A DNA stretch of 64,000 nt from Eledone cirrhosa (Eukaryota). Of the stretch, positions 54,345-64,000 are shown one piece after another. How positions within the stretch are numbered: the stretch's first letter is position 1; each line of letters starts with the position of its first letter. The notes below the pieces were generated by a model. It searched no databases. It saw only the letters and a list, made by a program, of their open reading frames with translations, and was not told the DNA's origin. The translations under genes and the position numbers were made by a program. The DNA lies in contig OZ024742.1 of NCBI GenBank assembly GCA_964016885.1, positions 88,846,001 through 88,910,000 of the forward strand, in the 5' to 3' direction.

Positions 54345-55030
54345 TATCGTTGCAATACCATCTTTGTTTGTTTATATGTCTCGCTCGCTTCGCGCTATTT
54401 TACTTCTCCCAATAACTTTATTTAGTTATTGCTAGCACCAACCATAGGTATATGATTTTTAAAGCGATGTAATACCAATGAACATTGGAAGATCACTGAT
54501 GAAGGACTAATGTTATTCATATGTAACCCATGTGCAACTACGCAGCACTCCCTTTTTCTTATATTTATGTTTTCCTCAGCTGCGATAGTCTGTTTCTTTC
54601 TTACTGCTTCCCCTCTTTCTGTATCTCTCATCTTCTTGTTACCCCCTCTGCCAGTCACACTCTCTCTCGGCTGGCCTCTTCCTCACACTTCCACTCACTC
54701 ACTCTCTGCTTCTCCCCATCTCACTGTTCCTCCCGTTTGACCTGTCTGAAATCCTTTTCTCGCTCACATCTCACCCATGTCGGATGGTCTGTATCTCTCG
54801 TCCATGAATTCACCAAGCATAAGCTTATAGATATCATGTACTTGTCTCTTCCTATCTTTCCGTTGCAATACCATCTTTGTTTGTTTACATGTCTCGTTCG
54901 CTTCACGCTCTTTTACTTGTCCCAATAACTTTATTTAGTTATTGCTCGCACCAACCAGAGGTATATGATTTAGAGCGATGAAAAACCAATGAAGGTTGGA
55001 CGATAACTGATGAAGAACTAATTTTATTCA
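54345..55030 (+). mobile_element. Member of the 39305-39990 family with ~515-bp period direct repeats
   Basis: CGTTGCAATACCATCTTTGTTTGTTTA..GCACCAACC..CTGATGAAG occurs twice. Confidence 0.75.
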
Positions 55031-55524
55031 TATACATCAGAAAACTTAGAAACTCCATACGCAGAAAATGACTGTAACATCATGTGATACAGCCGGCTTT
55101 CTGTCACAACTGCAGCTAGTAGACCTCACCATGGTGACAGCAAGCGCAACCACGGAATTGCCCTCTTCATTTTCGAAGGAAGTATGGGAAGTGACACACT
55201 GACATATTCTCCACCTCCAATATAGTCTTCTCGGTTACACACCCCAGTACCGGTTGGCAATGAAGAGGACAGGAAAACAAAAGAAATACAGGTGCTTGGC
55301 CAGCCCTTTGCACCGGTCACCGCCGACACCTGTGGCACCTTTATTTTTCTGTATGCTTAAACATATCTTATATTTACTGGTGATAATCTTTATAGACTAC
55401 CATTTTAAGAGATATTTGTTAAACTGAAAATTCGATCCTACATCTCTATCTCTATCTCTCTTTCTCGTTCTCTCCCTCTCTCACCCTTTATCTCTCTTTC
55501 CCTCTCTCCGCTTTCTCTCCCCCT

Positions 55525-55569
<45 letters not shown>

Positions 55570-55584
55570 TGTAATAAACAACAT

Positions 55585-55723
55585 AAGATAATTATTTCAT
55601 TTACCAGTGGTTTCTTGAACACAGATATTTATGTCTGTCTTCATTCATCAGAAAGAATGATGAATGAAGACAGACATAAATATCTGTCTTCAAGAAACTA
55701 CTGGTAAATGAAATAATTATCTT
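55585..55723. other. Near-perfect ~66-bp-arm palindrome made of two opposed hammerhead copies
   Basis: Left arm, minus strand: CTGATGA-aTGAAGACAG..CTGTGTTCAa-GAA-ACCACTGGT-A; the right arm is the inverted copy. Confidence 0.7.
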
Positions 55724-55790
55724 TTTACATAACTAAAAAGCTCTGTACCATACATAGAGCACTCTCTTTTCATTTACTTTTCCTACGGGA

Positions 55791-55844
<54 letters not shown>

Positions 55845-55939
55845 ATTTAGGGAAAGAGAGATCATTGCAAAAGTAAATATGTTATACAAAATATACACGA
55901 TATTCCGAGCGATTCGTCGAACTGCTATTCCTATCTTAA

Positions 55940-58330
55940 CGAATAACATATCTATCTAGGACCGTGTTTGTGCATGACACTGAAACAAAACTTCTTTCCA
56001 TCGAAGCCTTTTCACTTCCAGATAATATTGGAATTATCGACACTCTGATGGTTGCTTCCCATAATATCAGAGTGAATATTGAATTTCGAATGGTGAATAA
56101 TAGGAACCATTCTATTTCTTCATTCAGACATTTCGATCCTCTGTTTGACAAATCTGAACCTCTCGTTACAAGTTTATTTGTACTGGATGTAGTGCTAGTT
56201 GGCCTATTGAACGGTCACATAAATGTCCGATAAATATTTCCACCTTATTGAAATTAACCATATCAATAAGGTTAATTATATCTAATTCAATTAACTCAAG
56301 ACACAGTGGATTCATTGTGCAATAACGAGATGAGAATAATTAAAGTATTTTAATGCAATATTCACTTGTGTTGCAAAAATGTAATCAGCTCTATTCCGAA
56401 CTTAATTGAAGTACGTTTTATATATACTTTACAAACTTTGTTTCAAATTAGTCCAAATGTTTTCCATTAAGTTATAATAATACTAATTTTAACTGCATAT
56501 ATGGTGCACTTGCTACTATGGGTGTTTTCATCTACGATATCCTACTGGAAGTGATTTTCTTAACCATGACAGAATGAAGAGTAACATCCAACTCCATGAG
56601 ATTTGAAATCGCGAGGTAAAGGATCTGAACATAAATATCGTTTCGAATCAACACATACAAATGTCCCAAACTAAAATCTTATATATTCTATTTTAAGACG
56701 TTATAGAGTATATGTGCAAGCTGTTCAGTCAGTACTTTCAACTTGTTCAATAATATCTGCATGCATTAACCTCACGTTTTGAACCTTTCTAGAAAACTCC
56801 CTTTCTCTGTACATAGATGTGTTGATAGTAAATTATCCAGACAAATTCATTTCTGAGACTCTAATTGTAATATTTATTACATCACTCATCATAGTTTAGT
56901 TTACTTTACATTGAGACTAAAGAGTTCATCCCTGGCGACCACAGTTTGGTATCACTTGAAATAATCTTATTTAAGCAGGAAATAATATTTGGTTGTATAA
57001 AATATTAAAATAATCGGTTGATGTCTCTAAAACTGATGAACGTTAACATTAGTTCTTAGCTTTGATTATTCAATCATTAAACTATGAAGATCTTATTCAA
57101 AGATCACAGAGTTAATTTAATTGTAACGCTTCACTATTAGTGAGAGTTTTAAACTTATGTCCTTCAAATAAAAGTATGTGCAAATATTGAAATGTTAAAA
57201 TAATTGGCATGATCAATTTTCCATTTGTGAATACTTCTATTTGGATTGTTCTTTTTGTTTTGGTTTTAGAATTAACATTGGTTGGTTATTCTCTTCTCAT
57301 TCAATTGCAATTCCTGTCATAAACATATTAATAATTCAAGATTAATATTTGTAGAGAAATGATGAATTCAGTAATATTTCAGTATTCATAACATTCTGCT
57401 CAACATGATGCAGCCCCACCTTCTGTGTATTCCATGAGAACTTTTTTTAAACTAGTTTCTCGAAATATTGGAGAATTATGTGAACATTATTCGGTACCAG
57501 CAAAGAATATTGTACACTAGTAACTAACGAACGTAGTTGAGTTACATTCTTGGGAGGACTCACATGAACGGTGAACCAGTGATTGATGGACTCGTTTATT
57601 TTCCGGATGCAAGACATTGTTTGAAAGCATATTTTGCTTATTACCAGTGAAATATAGTTTAAATACACATCAGCAATTACTTCTTAACCCCATTATATGG
57701 CAGTATCGGTTGGGGGTTCATATTCCATGCTTCGCAGCATAGAGGTACGGCTCTTTATGATCTGAGTTCAATCCCACCGAGGTTAGCTTTGCCTTTCATC
57801 CTTACGTGGTCGATAAACTAAAATACCATTAGTACACTGGGGTAATTGCTGGCCTTGTGCCAAAAGTAAAAACAATTATATATATATAATATGATTCAAA
57901 GTGAAAATATATTTTTCTTATATTAACACCAAACATCCGTAGTTTTCGAAGTTGTTATTTAGCCAACGTTGAATTGTGACATTTACATCAGTTTTTGAAG
58001 ACGGCATTGCGCAATAAGAAGCGTAATCCTTATCGAAAATATACACCTGTACAGATGTAGGAACGTTATATCAATTTGTTAAATGAAATAAGGGTCTAAT
58101 CTAAGATCTCTTTTGTCGACATGTTACTTTGTGATGCATGTCCTATTTATTATGACTTCATGTTCTATCCTGATCTGGGCTTCAATTAAACAAGTAGATA
58201 TTGGAATATACAGAAATAGCAAAATAGTTTACGATGAATCCAGAACTGAAGATAAGTTAGGCAGATGTATTGCCATTATTAATAATGCGGTCCATAATAG
58301 AACACCAAAATTTGGATGAATCCATATAAC
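55940..58330 (-). pseudogene. Decayed coding-like blocks with Ig/FN3-like motifs, interrupted by SINEs
   Basis: Hydrophobic LLWTALLIMAIHL, YCAMP..VTIQRW, TVHVSPPKNVTQ, ISC..KLWSP, YLEVKRLRWKEVLFQC; many stops. Confidence 0.3.
57698..57880 (+). mobile_element. SINE
   Basis: Same head, body and tail motifs. Confidence 0.85.
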
Positions 58331-59207
58331 CGGAAATTGTCTTTGGTCAATTATTCATAACAATGTATATATTTGAATATTAATTTCTACTATTGATTTC
58401 TACTTTTGACACATGAATGCATAGTATACAGCAGGACATTTGGTTTTATTCATCTCCTAATTATGAACTGCAAAGTGCATTTCAGTGTGTTTTGAATTGA
58501 GTATTACAAAATGTTAGCCACAAGATTTGTTTTTTAATAACTAATTACATGCGTATTGTTCAAAGGAGCGTTCCCCTTTGTTATCTCGTATTCGCGAGTT
58601 TAAATTATTGCACCAGACAGACGGCTAGTTTTAATCAATTTACACTTGTAATTTCTAAATGTATTCGCAAATTATATTCGAATAATTGATCTGCACTCAC
58701 ATATCTAGCCTCTGGAATTCTCTTCCTGCTTCTCGCTTTCTTGGCCACTCAAATTTGCGAAAATTCAATGGCTGCATTAATCGTCATCTTCTCCTACCTT
58801 GAATTATGTTCTCTTTTTCTCTTCCTCCCTTCACAGTAAGCCTTGCATTTTAGTGAATTTGTTACTTGACTTGGGGTGAGCAAAAGGGAAATAGGTACTT
58901 CCGACTCATTCATTGACTTGTTCCCTACAGGTAGGTGAAATTATTTACATTGCTGATTTGCTTACGTTATTCCTTCATTACTTCTGGTGGAACAATGTAT
59001 TCTACAATCCCATTTGTTAAATAACGTTTGAAAAGCAACTGGAATAAATACCTCTATTACAATATTAATCAAGTTTAATACTTATGAGATTGCTGTTTGA
59101 AGTGGTATAGTGTAATGTATCCTAGCTGAAAGCTAACAGCAAAATCCACATAATGCTGTTTTCACAATCATTATGACTATATTGCCTCAAGGTACCTAGG
59201 GACAAAT

Positions 59208-59388
59208 AATTGTTTCAACTATTGACATAAGGCCAGCAATTAACATTGCTGGTGCTTTATTTTATCGATCACATAAGGATGAAAAGCAAAATAAACTCTC
59301 GGCGGAATTTGAACTCGGAATGTAAAGGGCCACAAACCTGTGCTACAAAGCTTGGTGTCTGACGCTCTGCCGATACTGCCAATCCATA
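59208..59388 (-). mobile_element. SINE (diverged)
   Basis: Reverse complement of the family motifs. Confidence 0.8.
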
Positions 59389-59504
59389 TAGGAAAAAATA
59401 TACCTTGTCATTAGAGACAATTATCTGAATGTATGTTTAAACAATTTGAAGCATCACTAAATTAGGACAATGTGATTGATGACTTAATATCTGTATACAA
59501 CAAC

Positions 59505-60240
59505 TACAACGGAACGCGAAGGGGGCCACCCACAGCCCCGGCGGACAGAATGGAGAAGGCGTTTTCACGGAGGACGGCAAGGGAGACGCGCTGGAAAAGC
59601 CACTCCAACTCGCGGGGCTCAAACCTGCGGCTGGTCACCTCCGCGCCTATGGTGGTGAGTAAGTAGGTAGCCTTGGGGCTGAGGACACCAGAAGTCTCCA
59701 GTGCCAGGGGTATGACCGCAAATCTGTCGGAGAGGGACCGCTATTTGAGGAGTTTGGCCCCACAGCCCGACGTGCAGCAGAACCTTGGTTAGTCGCAGAC
59801 TGCACCAGGTTGCGGCTGCAGAAAGTGTCGGTGCAAGTGGCATCCCAGACGAGGGGTTTTCCACCGCGAAACGGGAAGATTGTCATGCCATCTGGCCTTT
59901 TGCCGTCTCCTCGATCCAGCCCCACCGGCTCGAGCTGGGAAGGGAAGCCTGCAGCGTCCAAGCCATGCTTAAGCTTAATGACCTCGTTGAGGGCAGCATG
60001 GCGTGGAATGCGGCCGGCACAGTGGCGGCAGGAAAGCGTCCACCGTGAAACCGCAGCGACATTGGTGTGGCTGGCAGATCCGGAGGCCGAGCCTCAGGGA
60101 AACGCCGCTTTGCAGACTATGGTTGTCAAGCTCTGTGCCAGTGGAGAAGGAGGGCAGGGCATGGAGCCAGGCACCACTGACGGGTTTGGAGGACGCACGA
60201 AAACAAGCAAGGCGGTGTGGGTCGAGCTTGTCATGTACCT
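59505..60240 (-). mobile_element. CRE-clade non-LTR retrotransposon 3' fragment (zinc finger plus REL endonuclease)
   Basis: SGAWLHALP, LRLGL..CRCG, EPVGLDRGDGKRPDG..GKPLVWDATCTDT, PLALETSG, FQRVSLAVLRENA; frameshifted; GC-rich. Confidence 0.85.
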
Positions 60241-60396
60241 TGCATTTCAAATGGTTTTTGCATTGCCATAGAATTATTTTCCAAACAGAAGTATTACTAT
60301 GTGCACAAATCATCTCATGGTCCTATGCTAAAATATATTAGATAATATACAATGTATGTGGCCGAGAGATCGGATTTTGAAGCGCTGAAAATATAG

Positions 60397-60650
60397 AATT
60401 AATCTAAAGGAAGACGTTCTCATGCACAGAGATGCTATATAATAGGATGAAGACTATTAAAAGACGGGAAAAGAAGTTGTCATCTATAAAGAATTTAATC
60501 TCATATCTCCCAGATGCAGAGATATTCGGTTCAATTCCTCATAGCAGCTGATGGCATCTTTATTTTTATATCTTTTAAGGTCCTTCACCCTATTTTATAA
60601 GCTCATTTGTAGCATGTCAGTGCATGAGAACATCATCCTTTATATTAATT
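60397..60650. mobile_element. Foldback/MITE-like ~254-bp imperfect hairpin
   Basis: AATTAAT.TAAAGGA.GA.GTTCTCATGCAC is inverted at the right end; complementarity continues to the centre. Confidence 0.7.
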
Positions 60651-60653
60651 AAA

Positions 60654-60835
60654 TAATTGTTTCTATTTTAGGCACAAGTCCAGCAATTACCTAGTACATT
60701 ACTGGTACTTTATTTTATCGACCCCGTAAGGATGAAAGGCAAAGTTAACCTCGGTGGGATTTGAACTCAGACTGTAAAGGGACGTAACTATGCTAGAAAG
60801 CATGGCGTCCAACCCTGTACGATACTTCCAATTCA
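60654..60835 (-). mobile_element. SINE
   Basis: Reverse complement of the family motifs. Confidence 0.87.
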
Positions 60836-61201
60836 CTTAAATGATATGTTTACTTATGAACTCCAATATAATGAAATTTCCAGTTGAATATCAAGTTTCT
60901 CCGGTGATTTGATTTATATATATACATATAACTGATGGAAATATACAAACATTTCAGTTCCTAACACTGTTCTTTGACTCGATTTGATGTTTCTGTCATT
61001 AAAGTATGTTGATGCACAGTTAAAATGTGGTATCATGGAGTGTGAAATCTTCTTAATAGTTTGTTTCCCTTTTCTGTGATAGTCGTATTGAAATTGACGA
61101 GATTTGTTGTTTTACTCATGACACTCTATGATATATATATATATATAATATTATTCAACATATTAATAAATGAGAAATATTATTTTACTCATGACCCTAT
61201 A

Positions 61202-61263
<62 letters not shown>

Positions 61264-61354
61264 ATTTTATTAAAATAACAGATTAAAGTTTAAGCAAAGA
61301 ATCGCTAATTTCGCATTTATTACTATTAATATTATTGTTTTTATTTTCATTCAT

Positions 61355-64000
61355 TATTTTTTGCCGAGTGTCTTCCTGATACCTAGGGCAAATAAATGCA
61401 CAGTCTGCATTGGTAAGTCAGTTAATACAGCACATTGATTATAATTAAAAAATAAAAATAAACAGTATACATATATATACATATGCATATGCATATGTAA
61501 ACACATGGAGAGATATCAATCTTACAGAGATAGTGCTCTTCTTAATACGTGTGCAGTACCAGTCAAAACAATTTTTTGCACCTCGTGCAGAGAGGGTAAA
61601 GCAGGAATCATTCGCAAATATTGTTCTGTTCCTTTCTTGATCATTCCCAGTCCTCCCACAATCACTGGTATTGTAACGGCCTTGAGGTGCCACATTTTCT
61701 CAAATTCAATAAGCAGATCTTTATATTTTCGTAGCTTGTCAAATTCTTTTGCCGCGATATTGTGATCACTTCGGATGCTCATATCTATCAATAAACAGAC
61801 CTTGTTATGTTGATCTTTTACAATGGTCCTGTCAGTATGTACAGGAATGTCCCAGAGACTTGTTACTTTTTCTCCTTCAGTTACAGGCTCAGGGTGATGA
61901 TTGTATCAGTTGTCTTCAGCTTTGATTTTGTAATGCCGACATATTACCCAGTTTAGATATTGGCCAACTCTGACATGTCTATATTTGCATTCTACTGGTG
62001 CTAAAACTTTACATCCAGAGACTAAGTGATCCACTGTTTCAACCTCAGCATTGCAGAATCGGCACTTTGGGTTTATTCCGTTTCTCATCACATTGGCCTT
62101 GTAATTACGAGTTAATAAGTTTGATCTTGGGCAGCTAATATGAAGCCTTCACTCTCCGCCTTTAGCCCTGAACTGCGTAGCCACTGATGGGTGTGCTTTT
62201 GGTCAACATCAGCTTGTTTGCTACGGGCCACATATTTGCGATGCAGAGGTTTCTGCTCCCAATTTGATGCTAATTGTCCTTGCACTTTTGCTTTTGCCAG
62301 TGATTTCCTGTGCATAACAGTGTCAGTTGCAACAGTTTCTCTAGTCTGTCCAACCTGGGTATCGAGCATGAGATCAGTAGCATATTTTTGCTCTCCTTCA
62401 AGATAGATTGAAGCTTCTTACTTCTCTCATGCTTTTCAACAAGTTTTAGCATACACTCGTTAGTTGTTTCAAGGTATTTGGCCAGTCCAATGATGGTGGT
62501 CTTGTAAGCAAGTTTAAATTGGATCAGGCCACGGCCTCCTTCAGTTCTAGGAAGATAAAGATGATCCACATCTGCATTTGGATGGTGCAACCTATTACAG
62601 GTCAGTAGCTGGACGGATTTTGGTGTCGATTCTTTTGATTTCACTCATATTCCAGTTCAACACACCGAAGCTATAAGTGACAACTGGGGCTGCCAAGGAA
62701 TTTATGGCTAGCACCTTGTTACGAGCGTTTAGTTCTGATCTCAGAACTGCACGTACTCTCCTGTAACATTCTTTCCTTATGCTCTCTTTCATGCGTCCAT
62801 GCTGTATGTGAGAGCCCTCATTAGTCCCTAAGATTTTATAGGTTTGTTCCTGCTCTAGTTCCTTTATGATTGTTTCAGCATCCAATTCAACCGAGTCTGA
62901 GTTGACAAGCTTCCCCTTCTTGGAAATTGCTTTTGGACATTTGTCAAGTCCAAACTCCATCCTTATGTTATCGCTAAACGTTTTTACCGTCCGCAAAAGC
63001 CTTCCAGTTCGTCATTATCTTTGCAATATAGCTTCAAATCATCCATATAAAATAAGTGGCTTATTTTATTATTGTTAATTCTATAATCGTACCCTGTTCT
63101 ATTAAGTTCGGATGTAAGGTGTATTAAAGCTATGCAAGGGTGAAAGTGAGTCACCCTGGAATATACCACAGTTGATGTTTATATTCCTAGAGCACAGACC
63201 CCAGTGGAATGAGACAATTGGAGATTTGTGTTCCATAATGACATATTGTGTTTCAGGAAGTTTGAGATCACATGTGAGATTTTGAAGATGTCCAGTGATC
63301 TCAGAATCCATGAGTGTGGTATGCTGTCAAAGGCTTTTTAAAATCGATCCATGCAGAACTGAGATTTCTGTGTTTATTATGACAGTTCTCAAGGATCATA
63401 TGATTAATCCAAACTTGCTCTTTGCAGCTATATGAACCTCGTCGGCACCCTTTTTGTTCAATGGGGAAAAGATTATCCTCCTCCAAAGACACGTATGCTT
63501 TTTCCATGAGAATAGAAGTTAATAGTTTATAAGTAGTGGACAAGCAGGTTATGGGCCAATAGTTTTGTTGATCTTTGGTTTCGTTGTTCTTTGGTAGAAG
63601 GTAGGTAATGCCACTTGCTATCAAATCAGGTGTATTTTTTGGATCTTTCATAATTTCATTAAACAGCTTGACCAATATATTGTGAGTGCACGGGAGTGAG
63701 GAAAGCCAGAAATTTGGCACCCTGTCTCTCCCAGGAGATTTCCATTTATGATATTTATTGAGTGATGTCCCTAAGTCCGCTATAGAGATGTCGTCTCACG
63801 CCTGTTCTTCTAAATTTGTGTAGGATTTTTCCAGGCGACTAATCTAATCTACATTAGCATTATATGTCTTTTCATCACTCCAAATCTTACTCCAGAAGTT
63901 TTCAACTTCTTCCATGGACGTCTTCAATAATGATTTTTTTCTTCCCTACTTCTCTATAACATGACTTGGCATTGGATGAGAACAACTTATTTTGCCTGTA
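61355..64000 (-). mobile_element. R4/Dong-type retrotransposon (RT, CCHC, REL, 3' UTR), frameshifted; 5' part continues beyond the window
   Basis: EQKGCRRG, GIFQGDSLSP, HLFYMDDLKLY, GGRGL, CRFC..ETVDHLVSGC, IDMS..KLRKYKDL..VIVGGLG, VQKIVLTGTAHVLRRAL. Confidence 0.93.

Noticed and set aside
57918-57995. DVNVTIQRWLNNNFENYGCLV resembling a TGF-beta prodomain motif
   Set aside because: Short match bounded by stops, with no furin site or cystine-knot domain nearby.

Overview
AT-rich, repeat-saturated eukaryotic DNA with no intact protein-coding gene. The (TA)n load and the SINE type suggest a cephalopod (Octopus-like) genome, but that is inference. The window holds four kinds of content. (1) Penelope-like element (PLE) fragments (GIY-YIG endonuclease and RT), plus a dense set of short non-coding elements sitting in (TA)n tracts that carry minimal type I hammerhead ribozymes (HHRs) in a tandem-plus-inverted-tail arrangement (retrozyme/pLTR-like). 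About a dozen HHR or HHR-like motifs from several unrelated families are readable by eye, including a compensatory base-pair change and core variants (U3-A8, C4). (2) A full-length but decayed Tx1/L1-type LINE with a 24-bp TSD in (ATT)n and a second copy lacking its RT, several R4/Dong-type REL retrotransposons next to (TAA)n, RTE fragments, a short RTE-derived element ending in a C2H2 finger, a GC-rich CRE-clade fragment and a mariner fossil. (3) At least eight copies of one tRNA-derived SINE. (4) Between the repeats, decayed exon-like segments on both strands that resemble Ig/FN3 type I cytokine-receptor ectodomains, possibly a cluster of pseudogenised paralogs (low to moderate confidence). 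Most long ORFs in the supplied track are microsatellite artefacts.
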